Sequence record: DRR723986_647
Length of the DNA: 64,000 bases
Reading direction: 5' to 3' (one strand)
The notes below the pieces were generated by a model. That model ran no database searches. It saw nothing but the letters and a program-made list of their open reading frames with translations, and was not told the DNA's origin. Both the position numbers and the translations under genes were made by a program. Shown piece by piece: positions 30,093 through 40,546 of this stretch (positions within the stretch are counted from its first letter, which is position 1; the number at the start of each line of letters is the position of its first letter).

Positions 30093-31652
30093 TTAAGCGT
30101 TGGCCTCCGCCGCCTTTTCGCTTTGCTTATAGGTCCATCGCCCATAGATATACAGGCCAATGGCTGCGGCAATGCCCGCCGTTGAGAAGGCAAAAAACAC
30201 ATTGCCCACATTATGCTCCAAATATAATTGGTTGGTCAGTGCTTCTGGTGCCTTGCCAGTAAACACAACAAGCCTGTCAAAGGCTTCACCAACAGGAATG
30301 GCGGCAATTGTAGCGGACAGCATACCTGCCGTCTCCAGCGCTTGACGGGCCACGGTTTCCTTGGCGGCATATTCACCGTAAAAATGCAGGCCAACCTTGC
30401 CGCCCACCGCAGAGCCAATAGCGAAGGGTAAATTATAGAATCCCAAATACATGGCCTTTTTATCATCAGGCGCAATATTGCCCAAAAACTCCAGGCTTTT
30501 CGGGCTGGCCAGCATTTCACCGATGGAGAACATCACAATCGCCAAAACCATAACCCAGGCAAAATTACTGCCACCGATGAGCAAAAATGCGGAAACGGCA
30601 AACAGCGTGCCTATGGCCATAGAGTTGGCAGCCTTCAGTTTTGCGCTAAAGCCTGCCACTGCAAAGCAAAACAGCATGATCATGATGGAATTAATGTTAA
30701 TCAGGCCCTCGGGCATAATGCGGGTGCCTGCAAGGTCCATCACCCAAAAACGGCGGGCAAACTCGCCCGGCGTGCCGTCGCCCCATATGGTTTGTACAAG
30801 CACACTGGTGTCCACCCAGTCACGGAAATAAATCGGCCCCAAGTTCCAGTACAGGAACATCATGAACCACCAGCCGGAGAATAAAATCATGTACCACATC
30901 AGGGTTGGTTTGGTGAATTCGCGCCAACTGGTTGAAATTAGGTTGGCCTGCTTAACTTCGCCGGACTTAATTTTCTTGTTCCGCTCAAGCCGTTCTTTCC
31001 GCCCCACTTCCTTGTAGGTAAGCAGCAAAATGAAATTCAGCGAGATAATCGCGGCGCAGGCGAGGAAAACATAACTCCAGGACAGTTGGCGCAAATAGCC
31101 CGCCATCACCGGCCCCAAAAAGCCGCCCACATTCACTGTCTGGTAGAAAATACCCCACGCAACCGAGCTGTTCTTACGGTTTGACGCCAGCGCAATGGTG
31201 CCCTGAATGCCGGGCTTGAAAATACCGGTGCCGGTGGCCAGAACAATAGCGCCAGCGAAAAAGCCCCAGAATGTGGGGAAGAAGGCCATGATCAGGTAGC
31301 CGCAAATTTTCACCACCGTTGAAAGGGCGATGGTTTCCTTGTAGCCAAACCTGTCTGACAGGCCACCAGTGAACACGGGCAGCAAACCTTGCAGCATCAA
31401 CCAATAGAAGAAAATGGTACCCATCTCACCGCTGGTGATACCAAGCCCACCGTTAATGGCGGCATCGGTGCCGTACAAGGTAGCCAGCGAGTAAACGCCG
31501 TAATAGGCAAGCCGTTCCACCATTTCCATGCCGCCGCATATCCAGAAAACATAGGACAAGCTGGCAATGGCCGCGAAGGTGCCCAGCTGTTCAACGTCTT
31601 TCACCGAATTTGTACGGATTTCACCTGTTGTGGTGTTTTCTTCCTGCGCCAT
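30093..31652 (-). CDS. MFS transporter, POT/PTR peptide-transporter-like
   Basis: EMVERLAYYG (ExxERxxYY), GTGIFKP, FYQTVNVGG; 12 or more TMs. Confidence 0.88.
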   Translation of the reverse strand: MAQEENTTTGEIRTNSVKDVEQLGTFAAIASLSYVFWICGGMEMVERLAYYGVYSLATLYGTDAAINGGLGITSGEMGTIFFYWLMLQGLLPVFTGGLSDRFGYKETIALSTVVKICGYLIMAFFPTFWGFFAGAIVLATGTGIFKPGIQGTIALASNRKNSSVAWGIFYQTVNVGGFLGPVMAGYLRQLSWSYVFLACAAIISLNFILLLTYKEVGRKERLERNKKIKSGEVKQANLISTSWREFTKPTLMWYMILFSGWWFMMFLYWNLGPIYFRDWVDTSVLVQTIWGDGTPGEFARRFWVMDLAGTRIMPEGLININSIMIMLFCFAVAGFSAKLKAANSMAIGTLFAVSAFLLIGGSNFAWVMVLAIVMFSIGEMLASPKSLEFLGNIAPDDKKAMYLGFYNLPFAIGSAVGGKVGLHFYGEYAAKETVARQALETAGMLSATIAAIPVGEAFDRLVVFTGKAPEALTNQLYLEHNVGNVFFAFSTAGIAAAIGLYIYGRWTYKQSEKAAEANA

Positions 31653-31802
31653 GAAGCAGTCCCCCTGATTTGATACTGGTACTAAGGCACCTCCCCAGAT
31701 GCCTGTACTGTAAACAGGCAACAGCCTTAACCGGTGGCAAGCGCAGTGTCACCCGGAAAGTCGATTAGCTGATGTTTTTAGGCGTTGGGTAGACATCAAA
31801 AT

Positions 31803-31830
31803 AAAAAGGCTGGGAACATCCCAGCCTTTT
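31803..31830 (-). terminator. Intrinsic terminator after the peroxiredoxin-like gene
   Basis: AAAAAGGCTGGGA-ACA-TCCCAGCCTTTT. Confidence 0.85.
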
Positions 31831-31856
31831 CGTGTTTTGGGGTTCTAATGTTTTAG

Positions 31857-32510
31857 TTATCCTTTTAAGGTAGCAATCACGTCTTGCGGGTCAAGGCGTT
31901 TGGTATAGTCCACATCCACATGGTGCAGGATGATCTTGCCAGATGCATCAATCACATAGGCCGCAGGAATGGGCAGTCGCCATGCATCGTCGCCGTTCAC
32001 CTCCGGCACATTCAGGCCAAAGCCGTCATACACCTTCACCAATTCTGGTGGAAACTCGAATGTAAGGCCGAATTTGTCTGAAACATTAAGGCCTGTGTCG
32101 CTCAAGACATCAAACGAAAGCTCGTTTTTTTCTGCCGTGGAGAGGCTGTTGTCTGGCGCTTCGGGGGTTATTGCAATAAGGCTTGCACCCAGCGCCGTGA
32201 GGGTTTCAAGCTCGGCTTGGTATGCACGCAGTTCCATATTGCAGTATGGACACCAGCCGCCTCGGTAAAACAAGACAACAACGGGGCCGTCAGCAAGGCG
32301 GGCTGCCAAGGAAACCGCGTCGCCTTTGGCGTTTTTCAAGGTGAAATCAGGGGCGGTATCACCGGTTTTCAGGGCGCTGGCTTCAATACCGGTGGCAATA
32401 ATTTGCTGGTTAGCATTTAGCATAACCTCGCGCACTTCGGCGGGAATGCGGCTGGCAGATTGCTGAACCGCATTGGCGAGGGTTTCTGTAAGGGTGGTGG
32501 TATGGGTCAT
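31857..32510 (-). CDS. Peroxiredoxin-like AhpC/TSA family protein
   Basis: GDTAPDFTL, FYRGGWCPYC, LPIPAAYVID, DYTKRLDP. Confidence 0.92.
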   Translation of the reverse strand: MTHTTTLTETLANAVQQSASRIPAEVREVMLNANQQIIATGIEASALKTGDTAPDFTLKNAKGDAVSLAARLADGPVVVLFYRGGWCPYCNMELRAYQAELETLTALGASLIAITPEAPDNSLSTAEKNELSFDVLSDTGLNVSDKFGLTFEFPPELVKVYDGFGLNVPEVNGDDAWRLPIPAAYVIDASGKIILHHVDVDYTKRLDPQDVIATLKG

Positions 32511-32631
32511 GGTTTAGGCTCCAAAAATTATGTCTGCCTCTAATGTGGGGTTGGCGAGCGCGCATTAAATTCACGCTTTGGTGAACCCCGCTGCACCACA
32601 CCCCCGCATTTTTGCACCACAATCTGGCCAC

Positions 32632-32663
32632 AAAAAAAGGCCGGGAACATCCCAGCCTTTTTT
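32632..32663 (-). terminator. Intrinsic terminator after cysNC
   Basis: AAAAAAAGGCCGGGA-ACA-TCCCAGCCTTTTTT. Confidence 0.85.
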
Positions 32664-32692
32664 GGTGAATTTATCAAGTGTTTGCTGAACAA

Positions 32693-34618
32693 TTAATCGG
32701 CGCTTGCGGTTCCGCGCGCGTTCAAATAGCCGTTTTCTTCCAGATACGTGATGATCACATCAGCGCACTGGTCGGCGCTTAGTTTGTCGGTGCTTACATG
32801 AATATCGGCGCGCTCTGGCGGCTCGTAGGGGCTGTCGTAGCCGGTGAAGTTTTTAATTTCGCCCGCCATCGCCTTTTTATACAGGCCCTTGGGGTCACGC
32901 TCGGCGCACACCTCAAACGGGGTGTCCACATAAACCTCAATAAACTCGCCGTCTTCCATCAGGTCATGCACCATGCGGCGCTCGGCCCGGAAGGGGCTGA
33001 TGAAGCTGGTCATAACCATCAGGCCGCTATCAACCATCAGCTTGGCAACCTCGCCTACCCGGCGAATGTTTTCCACCCGGTCAGCATCAGTAAATCCAAG
33101 GTCCTGGTTTAGGCCGTGGCGTACATTGTCACCGTCCAGAATATAGGTATGGCGGCCACGAGCGAACAGGCGCTGCTCAACGATATTGGCGATGGTAGAT
33201 TTGCCCGATCCTGAAAGCCCGGTGAACCACAACATGGCGGGGCGCTGTAGTTTCATCTCGGCGCGGGCGGCTTTGTCTACGTCCAACGCCTGCCAATGAA
33301 TATTGGAAGCGCGCCTAAGGGCAAAGTCAATCATACCAACGCCGACTGTGGTGTTGGAAATGCGGTCAATGATAATGAAAGCGCCGGTGTCTTTATTATC
33401 GCCGTAAGCATCGAACGCGATACGGCTATCAAGGCCGATGTTGCACACACCAATTTCGTTCAGCGCCAGGTTTTTCGCCGCCGTATGCTCCATGGTGTTT
33501 ACATTCACCTTGTGCTTCAGGTCGGTTACCAAACCCGGAATGGTTTTATTCGCGGTTTTAAACAGATACGGCCTGCCCGGTAGCATGGGTTCGTCGTGCA
33601 TCCATATAATTTTGGCTTCAAACTGGTCTGCCACCTCTGGCGGGTTTTCTTTACCGGCAATAATGTCGCCGCGGGAAATATCGATTTCGTCATTAAGGGT
33701 AAGCGTGATTGCCTCGCCTGCAACGGCTTCGTCCAAGTCACCATCATAGGTCACGATAGATTTAACCGTGCTTTCCTGCGCCGATGGCAGCACCTTGATC
33801 GGGTCACCAACCTTGATGGTGCCAGAAGAAACCGTGCCAGAGAAACCGCGGAAGTCAAGGTTCGGGCGGTTCACCCACTGCACTGGCAAGCGGAAGGTTG
33901 CCGCTTGGCGTGCGTCGCCGACCGGCACGGTTTCCAGATAATGCAACAAGGACGGGCCGGTGTACCAAGGCGTGTTTTCAGACTCCTCAAGGATATTGTC
34001 GCCTTTAAGGGCAGACAGCGGAATGGACGTAATTTCGGTAAAGCCAAAGTCTTTGGCGAATTCGCGGTACTCAGCCTCAACGTCTGTGACCACTTGCTCG
34101 CTATAGTCAACCAAATCCATTTTATTGATCGCAAGCACAATGCGCTTGATGCCTAGAAGCGAACAAATGAAGCTATGGCGGCGGGTTTGTGTGAGCATAC
34201 CCTTGCGCGCATCAATCAGCATAATGGCGACATCGGCGGTAGACGCACCGGTTGCCATATTGCGGGTGTATTGTTCGTGACCGGGCGTGTCAGCCACAAT
34301 AAACTTGCGCTTGTCGGTTGAGAAGAAACGGTAAGCCACATCTATGGTGATGCCCTGCTCGCGCTCGGCAGCTAAGCCGTCTACCAAAAGCGCAAAGTCT
34401 ATTTCCTGGCCCTGGGTGCCAACGCGCTTGCTGTCGGCTTCCAGCGCATTGAGCTGGTCTTCAAAAATAAGCTTACTGTCATATAAAAGCCGCCCGATGA
34501 GGGTGGACTTGCCGTCATCAACGCTGCCGCAGGTGATGAAGCGCAGCATGGATTTCTCTTCCTGCGCTTTCAGGTAAGCGGATATATCTTCTGCAATAAG
34601 GTCAGATTGGTGGGACAT
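32693..34618 (-). CDS. cysNC: Bifunctional sulfate adenylyltransferase subunit 1 / APS kinase (CysNC, NodQ-type)
   Basis: [31 protein letters not shown]-terminal [12 protein letters not shown] and [10 protein letters not shown]. Confidence 0.97.
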   Translation of the reverse strand: MSHQSDLIAEDISAYLKAQEEKSMLRFITCGSVDDGKSTLIGRLLYDSKLIFEDQLNALEADSKRVGTQGQEIDFALLVDGLAAEREQGITIDVAYRFFSTDKRKFIVADTPGHEQYTRNMATGASTADVAIMLIDARKGMLTQTRRHSFICSLLGIKRIVLAINKMDLVDYSEQVVTDVEAEYREFAKDFGFTEITSIPLSALKGDNILEESENTPWYTGPSLLHYLETVPVGDARQAATFRLPVQWVNRPNLDFRGFSGTVSSGTIKVGDPIKVLPSAQESTVKSIVTYDGDLDEAVAGEAITLTLNDEIDISRGDIIAGKENPPEVADQFEAKIIWMHDEPMLPGRPYLFKTANKTIPGLVTDLKHKVNVNTMEHTAAKNLALNEIGVCNIGLDSRIAFDAYGDNKDTGAFIIIDRISNTTVGVGMIDFALRRASNIHWQALDVDKAARAEMKLQRPAMLWFTGLSGSGKSTIANIVEQRLFARGRHTYILDGDNVRHGLNQDLGFTDADRVENIRRVGEVAKLMVDSGLMVMTSFISPFRAERRMVHDLMEDGEFIEVYVDTPFEVCAERDPKGLYKKAMAGEIKNFTGYDSPYEPPERADIHVSTDKLSADQCADVIITYLEENGYLNARGTASAD

Positions 34619-35523
34619 TAAAAATACCCCTCTTGCTTTTTCTTTTCCATACTGGCGGCTTCATCATGGTCGATCACCCGGCCCTGACGCTCGCTTGATG
34701 TGGTGAGCAGCATTTCCTGAATGACATCCTCGAGAGTGTCGGCTTCGCTTTCAACAGCACCGGTTAGCGGGTAGCAACCCAGCGTGCGGAAGCGCACAGA
34801 TTTCATCATGGGCTTTTCGCCCGGCTTCAGCGGCATGCGGTCGTCGTCGACCATAAACAGTTGGCCGTCGCGCTCCACCACCGGGCGTTTTTTCGCCAAA
34901 TACAAATCAGGGATCGGAATATCTTCAATGTGGATATATTGCCAAATGTCCAGCTCGGTCCAGTTCGAGATCGGGAACACGCGGATGCTTTCACCCTTGT
35001 TCTTGCGGGTGTTATAAAGCGACCACAACTCCGGGCGCTGATTCTTGGGGTCCCAGCGGTGCTGAGCCGAGCGAAACGAGAAGATACGCTCCTTAGCGCG
35101 CGACTTTTCCTCATCGCGGCGGGCGCCGCCAAAAGCAGCATCAAAACCATGTTTGGTCAGCGCGGTTTTCAGCGCCTGGGTTTTCATAATATCGGTATGA
35201 ACCTGACTGCCATGTGTGAAGGGGCCAACGCCGTCTTTCACACCCTGCTCATTGATATGAACAATCAGGTCAAGGCCCAAGTCTTTGGTATGGTTGTTGC
35301 GAAACTCAATCATCTCGCGGAATTTCCATGTGGTGTCTACATGCATCATGGGAAACGGTGGTTTTGAGGGGTAGAATGCTTTCATCGCCAAATGCAGCAT
35401 TACCGCACTGTCTTTACCAACAGAATAGAGCATCACCGGGTTTTCCGCTTCTGCGGCAACCTCGCGCATGATCTGCATGCTTTCGGCTTCAAGCCGTTTA
35501 AGATGGGTTAGCGTTTTTGTCAT
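34618..35523 (-). CDS. cysD: Sulfate adenylyltransferase subunit 2
   Basis: [45 protein letters not shown]. Confidence 0.97.
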   Translation of the reverse strand: MTKTLTHLKRLEAESMQIMREVAAEAENPVMLYSVGKDSAVMLHLAMKAFYPSKPPFPMMHVDTTWKFREMIEFRNNHTKDLGLDLIVHINEQGVKDGVGPFTHGSQVHTDIMKTQALKTALTKHGFDAAFGGARRDEEKSRAKERIFSFRSAQHRWDPKNQRPELWSLYNTRKNKGESIRVFPISNWTELDIWQYIHIEDIPIPDLYLAKKRPVVERDGQLFMVDDDRMPLKPGEKPMMKSVRFRTLGCYPLTGAVESEADTLEDVIQEMLLTTSSERQGRVIDHDEAASMEKKKQEGYF

Positions 35524-35675
35524 GGAGCGTTACATCCGTTTACCGTTAACTATACACAAGAAAATTGGCAAAATCTTATTGATTGCTAGATATGGTCGCG
35601 ATCTAGCGCATGTAAAAGCCATAAGAGAAATTATTTTTTCTAAAACCGGAAATAGGCAAGCTTTCTTAGAATATA

Positions 35676-37625
35676 TTACCACTCAAATGTTGGATCAGGC
35701 GTTTGCCAACCTTTGCCGTAGCGGGCTTCGCACACGGCTGCAGGGTTTGCTGGCGCATCAAATACTTCGCCTTTGAACTCAATCTCACCGGTTGGCAGGA
35801 AAATATCCGCGCGCTCAGGCACAACCTTAAGGGCGGTATGTGGCCAATAAACCGTGTCACCAACATGGCCTAAAATGAAAATATCATAGGTTACAGGCCC
35901 ACGGTGACAATGGATAAGCGGCGAATGCCGCGCGCCGCGATTTGCCTTCACACCGTTTTCATTCAGTAGCTCAATGAACTTATCGCACTCTTCATTAACA
36001 GTGTCCGGTCCCACACCAGACATAATGATCGCCAGGTCAACATCGTCGTCGTGGGGAATGAAATCCTTTTCCCGAATAGCACCCAACAGCGTACCGTACA
36101 TAAAGAGTGGCTTATGACCCAGCGCGCGGACTTTATCACGCATCTCTATAAGCTCGCTCATTATCACCTTTTCATCGCGGTAACCAATTGGCACCCGCAA
36201 GCCATGCTTGCCCAACCGCAAAGGGGCTGCATATTTGGTATGCGGCCAAATCTCGTCTGACCCTTTGAATACAGCTTCATTGAGCGCCTCTCTGTGCCTG
36301 ACAAGCCGTGCGAGCGGCGTCATTAAACGCTTGCGTCGGTACATACTAAACAGCTTGCTGATAAATCCGGCATATTCCGGGGACCAATCAGCCCTAATAA
36401 GATAATTGATAACTTTTAGTATATTCCGGGAGTTTCGGTATGTTTGGCCGTGGTCATAAACTACTTCCCAAGGCTGAGCTTCATCTACACGCACAGCAAC
36501 CTCAAGAAACAGTGTGTTAGCAGCATGCTGTCGGTTGAGGTTCCATATACGAAGTTTATTTACGGAGCAGCTTGCTCCCATATCAACGCGCCGCGACTGG
36601 ACATTTGTATATAAGTCCGCACCGAACGATTTAGGCTCATTAAGTGCTGAAAAATTATACCGAAATTTAAGATCAGCTTTATCAAAAGATTTGACAGGCT
36701 GATCATGCTTACCTGAATAAACCTCAAGGCCGCCAAAGCCTGCAGGCGTCTCGCCGTATGCCCGCAACCTGATATGGCGAGCATTCACACCCGGGAGATT
36801 GATCTCTAACGCTTCTTTTGGCGATAAACCAAAATCTTTGGCACCGCCTATTGAAAGCATCAAAGCCTGAAGCAAATTATGCGCTGCCTTTGCCCTATCT
36901 TTACCAGTGAGAGACGGTAATTTTGCATGAGTAGTGTAATGGTCCAGCCAACCATTAATTTGGGCCAAGCCTTTAGACACCAACTGATTATATTGCTCGA
37001 GTGTGTCGCCGCTTAATGTATCGCGCTGATCCACAAGTGCCTTAATGGCCGTGGTAAGTGCTTCTATATTTTCCGCACGCCCCAGCTCAACATTTGCCGG
37101 ATAATGTAAAATGGTCTCGTCACCATTTTGCGAAAAGCCAGAAATGCGTAAGTTCTGCTCGTGGATAATTGTCCAATCCGAACGCCGATAAAAGAATATA
37201 TGCCTTACGCGCACATTACTGGGAAATGCGGCTTCCCACCAAGGGTTAACTTCCTTGTTTGTATGTATATTGTTGCTGAAAATGCCCCCATTAACACCTG
37301 CCGCTGCACTGGAAGACTTCGCATGCTGGGAGCTTATTTGAAATTCACCAAGCGCGGATACATCTTTCACAGTATCGTCGCCGTCTATCGTTCCAGCAAA
37401 AATAATTTTTGAAAAGCATAGAGAAACGGGCCCATCAAGGCCTGCCATCACGCGGAATCTTGTCAGTGGTTTTTTGACACGCATATGCGTCGGAAAAAAA
37501 CACTCTCCGGGAGAAACAATATGCCCAGGGAAAACGCTTGCCATTTCTGCTGGTGACGCATTATTGGCGAAATGCGTTATTTTCTCGCCAAATTCAGAAA
37601 GTATATTTGCAGTTTCGTCAGACAT
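35676..37625 (-). CDS. LicD-family phosphotransferase with N-terminal discoidin/F-type-lectin-like domains
   Basis: C-terminal YGTLLGAIRE.DFIPHDDDVD and YGKGWQTP; N-terminal HT..E.NPWW...YRRSD. Confidence 0.85.
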   Translation of the reverse strand: MSDETANILSEFGEKITHFANNASPAEMASVFPGHIVSPGECFFPTHMRVKKPLTRFRVMAGLDGPVSLCFSKIIFAGTIDGDDTVKDVSALGEFQISSQHAKSSSAAAGVNGGIFSNNIHTNKEVNPWWEAAFPSNVRVRHIFFYRRSDWTIIHEQNLRISGFSQNGDETILHYPANVELGRAENIEALTTAIKALVDQRDTLSGDTLEQYNQLVSKGLAQINGWLDHYTTHAKLPSLTGKDRAKAAHNLLQALMLSIGGAKDFGLSPKEALEINLPGVNARHIRLRAYGETPAGFGGLEVYSGKHDQPVKSFDKADLKFRYNFSALNEPKSFGADLYTNVQSRRVDMGASCSVNKLRIWNLNRQHAANTLFLEVAVRVDEAQPWEVVYDHGQTYRNSRNILKVINYLIRADWSPEYAGFISKLFSMYRRKRLMTPLARLVRHREALNEAVFKGSDEIWPHTKYAAPLRLGKHGLRVPIGYRDEKVIMSELIEMRDKVRALGHKPLFMYGTLLGAIREKDFIPHDDDVDLAIIMSGVGPDTVNEECDKFIELLNENGVKANRGARHSPLIHCHRGPVTYDIFILGHVGDTVYWPHTALKVVPERADIFLPTGEIEFKGEVFDAPANPAAVCEARYGKGWQTPDPTFEW

Positions 37626-37759
37626 ATTACAAATCTAATTTTAGGGTTACAATTTAGCCAATCTAAAGGGCTGATAAGCCGTCTTGCTTTACAATTTTAT
37701 TTCGAGCGTATATTGCATGCCGCACAAGACCTGTAAATTCATTAGTGAAAAAGAAAACA

Positions 37760-38173
37760 ATGAAAAAAGTAATCACCTTTGGCACATACGACCTCCTGCA
37801 TATTGGCCACGTGCGCATTCTTGAGCGCGCCGCAGCGCTGGGGGATCATTTAACTGTCGGTGTTTCATGCAGTGAATTGAACCGGTCCAAAAAAGGCCGG
37901 GCACCGGTTTATACCACAGAGGACCGCATGGCGATTATCGGCGCGCTTTCCTGCGTTGATGAGGTTTTTGTTGAAAAATCACTGGAAGCCAAAGGCGACT
38001 ATATCAAACAATACGGCGCTGATATTTTGGTGATGGGCGATGATTGGGAAGGCCGCTTCGACGAATTTAAATCCATATGTTCGGTTGTCTACTTACCGCG
38101 GACCACGGGCATTTCAACCTCTAAGCTTATCGCTGACATTTCGGATATTAACCCAACCCCCGATAGCCACTAA
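37760..38173 (+). CDS. tagD: Glycerol-3-phosphate (polyol-phosphate) cytidylyltransferase, TagD-like
   Basis: ITFGTYDLLHIGH (HxGH), MGDDW.G.FD, YLPRTTGISTS. Confidence 0.85.
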   Translation: MKKVITFGTYDLLHIGHVRILERAAALGDHLTVGVSCSELNRSKKGRAPVYTTEDRMAIIGALSCVDEVFVEKSLEAKGDYIKQYGADILVMGDDWEGRFDEFKSICSVVYLPRTTGISTSKLIADISDINPTPDSH

Positions 38174-38204
38174 TAGTATCTGGCCTTTGGCTTTTCTGCC
38201 TCGC

Positions 38205-39425
38205 CTAAAGTATATGCAGGCCAGCTTTATCAATCATGGCGCGCTTGAAGGTGGCTGCGCCGGGCAAAATATCAGGCGCATTTTCATAGGCTGAAAAGTA
38301 ATCAAGCAAATTTGCGGGCTGCGGCAGGTTCATGCCAAGAAAGTCGGCAATTTTCCGCAAACTGTCTGCTTGATTTTCAATAAAACCTTCCAGCGTTAAT
38401 GCATGCACATTTAGGTCGGAAGCGGCAATCTGATCTAGCATGGCATCGTCTTCTGCAGTGCTCGCATAGCGGTCAAGGCAGTGCTCCACATCATCAGCCT
38501 GAAAAACTGTCCCCAGTTTTTTCTTCGGCTTATTGGTCCACACTGACCGTTCCGCCGTGCGGTCTAAAAGCTGGGCGGTGACCACCTGCATGATCTTGTC
38601 TTCTCGGCGAACCACAATCACTTTGGCCTCGATTTTTTTCAGGTATTGTAATAGCCGGCTGAGGCTAAAGTTGGTATTTTCAAAAACACTTCTAAGCACG
38701 TCAGTTTGCAGCAGGGTTGGCAACTGTCCGTCTATACCAAATGTTTGCAGCGCCGTGTCAAAAAAGCGGCTAACTTGAAAGTTCTTGTGATGCTTCAACC
38801 ACAAGGCAAAGGGCCTGCCCAAATACTCGTGGCAATGGGGTAACGTATTTTCTGCCATGCTCTGCGCAATAAATTCTGCGTCGGCATAAGGCGAAGACAG
38901 AAGAACCACTTGCCCTGACTTTACAGCCGATTTAGGCGCCTGATAAGGCAACAGCTTTGGCATTCTAGTGGCATTGGTTACGGCGAAACCATATGTGCCT
39001 GACGTAACCGTAACATGCGGGTATTTACGCTGTAGCGCCCGCACCAAATGCAACTCGCCCACTTGGCAAAATACCAATATTTTCTTGATTTCATCCGTTA
39101 TTGCCGTTTCGCAACCCGTAACCGGAGAGGTTTTGATTGCCAGTGGCTTTTCCCGCGCGCCGTGAAGACGATCAAGAAAAAAGTCATCCGCAATGAGCAA
39201 ATGCTTATCACTGAACTGATACAAGCGGTGCACCCAAGACCAATGGCTCAGGTGCCGCATAAATCGATCAAGTTCAGCACCTTTTACCAGCATATTTTTT
39301 GGCCTGAGTTTAACTGCCCTAACATCTTCATCGCTTCTATGCCTTTCCCGCCTAGTCGTGTCAACGATCACAGCACACCTGAAGGCGCTATTTGCGGCCA
39401 GAAGATAGTCTGTATTGGCAAGCAT
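38205..39425 (-). CDS. Stf0-like sulfotransferase-fold protein (degenerate)
   Basis: LSSPYADAEFI, HEYL, VIVVRREDKIMQVV, LTLEGFIEN...IADFLG. Confidence 0.55.
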   Translation of the reverse strand: MLANTDYLLAANSAFRCAVIVDTTRRERHRSDEDVRAVKLRPKNMLVKGAELDRFMRHLSHWSWVHRLYQFSDKHLLIADDFFLDRLHGAREKPLAIKTSPVTGCETAITDEIKKILVFCQVGELHLVRALQRKYPHVTVTSGTYGFAVTNATRMPKLLPYQAPKSAVKSGQVVLLSSPYADAEFIAQSMAENTLPHCHEYLGRPFALWLKHHKNFQVSRFFDTALQTFGIDGQLPTLLQTDVLRSVFENTNFSLSRLLQYLKKIEAKVIVVRREDKIMQVVTAQLLDRTAERSVWTNKPKKKLGTVFQADDVEHCLDRYASTAEDDAMLDQIAASDLNVHALTLEGFIENQADSLRKIADFLGMNLPQPANLLDYFSAYENAPDILPGAATFKRAMIDKAGLHIL

Positions 39426-39481
39426 AGAGACAGTATGCTAAACCGCGCTCAATAGCACGCGCACACTTGCAGAGATAGTTT

Positions 39482-40537
39482 ATGGCTCGGTTCATGTCTT
39501 TCGTCAGACCCCGCAATTCTACAGGAAAAAAGCTGTTTATTCACGCGGGAACGCACAAAACCGGCACCAGTTTTTTTCAACATGCCGCCTACCTGAACAC
39601 CGAAGGCCTGCGCGAAGCTGGCATTTTGTATCCGGAAACGGGGCTTGGTATAAAAACCAACCACAACCGCTATGCTCACAGGGTTTTGGGCATTGATATC
39701 GCGGCAGGCAAGAAAAACCGTTTCCCACAAATTATTGACGACCTAAAGGCAAACGCCGCCCTAACAACAGCGCTTGTAAGTTATGAAGGCTTTAGCCACC
39801 CCGAGACAATAAGAAAACTTAGCGCGCAAAAGGCCGTTTTTAATGCTGTGGACTTACATATAATTCTTGTGTTTCGTCCCCATATAGACCTGATGATTTC
39901 TCTGTACCGAGAGATGTGCCAACATGTGTCTTTTCAGGGGTCATTGCTTGACCTGATGCACCCAAAAACCGCCCGGGCAAAGCATTGGGGGCAATGTTTG
40001 CATTACCGCGAGACACTGAAAACCTGGCGTAAGATTGTGGGCAAGAAGAACATCCACGTCTTCTCTTATAGAGATCTTGGGAAGGATATTATAGGTACGC
40101 TGATGCCGGTTATTGGCTATAACGGGGCGATAAAACTGCCAGAAAACCCTACAAGCAACCGCACCCTGTCGGCCCCTTTTGCTGGACTGATGCGGCTGAT
40201 CAATCGGCAAGACCTGAACACAAAATTGCGCCACAAATTGGCCGAAGAAGTAGCATTGTTAGACACGGGGTTCCCGGAATTTGCGCGCTACTGCGAAATC
40301 TCTCATGCAACAGCCGTGAGCCTTGAGGCTCGTTTTTCCAGAGACCGAAAAGCGCTAAGCCGATACGGCCTAGACCCCATTGCTGACCTAACAATTGATG
40401 GAAAATGGCGCTGGGGGGATGAGACTAATATGGCAGAAGCGATGCAGCGCGCCCATGAAGCACTTGTGGAACACATGCGCAGCATAGGTGACAAAGACCT
40501 ATTAAACGTGGTGCAGGCCGCAGCGGCAGAATTCTAA
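39482..40537 (+). CDS. Sulfotransferase-like P-loop protein
   Basis: LFIHAGTHKTGTSFFQ, L..AGILYP, LVSYEGF, VFRP...SLY. Confidence 0.65.
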   Translation: MARFMSFVRPRNSTGKKLFIHAGTHKTGTSFFQHAAYLNTEGLREAGILYPETGLGIKTNHNRYAHRVLGIDIAAGKKNRFPQIIDDLKANAALTTALVSYEGFSHPETIRKLSAQKAVFNAVDLHIILVFRPHIDLMISLYREMCQHVSFQGSLLDLMHPKTARAKHWGQCLHYRETLKTWRKIVGKKNIHVFSYRDLGKDIIGTLMPVIGYNGAIKLPENPTSNRTLSAPFAGLMRLINRQDLNTKLRHKLAEEVALLDTGFPEFARYCEISHATAVSLEARFSRDRKALSRYGLDPIADLTIDGKWRWGDETNMAEAMQRAHEALVEHMRSIGDKDLLNVVQAAAAEF

Positions 40538-40546
40538 CGTCATTCC

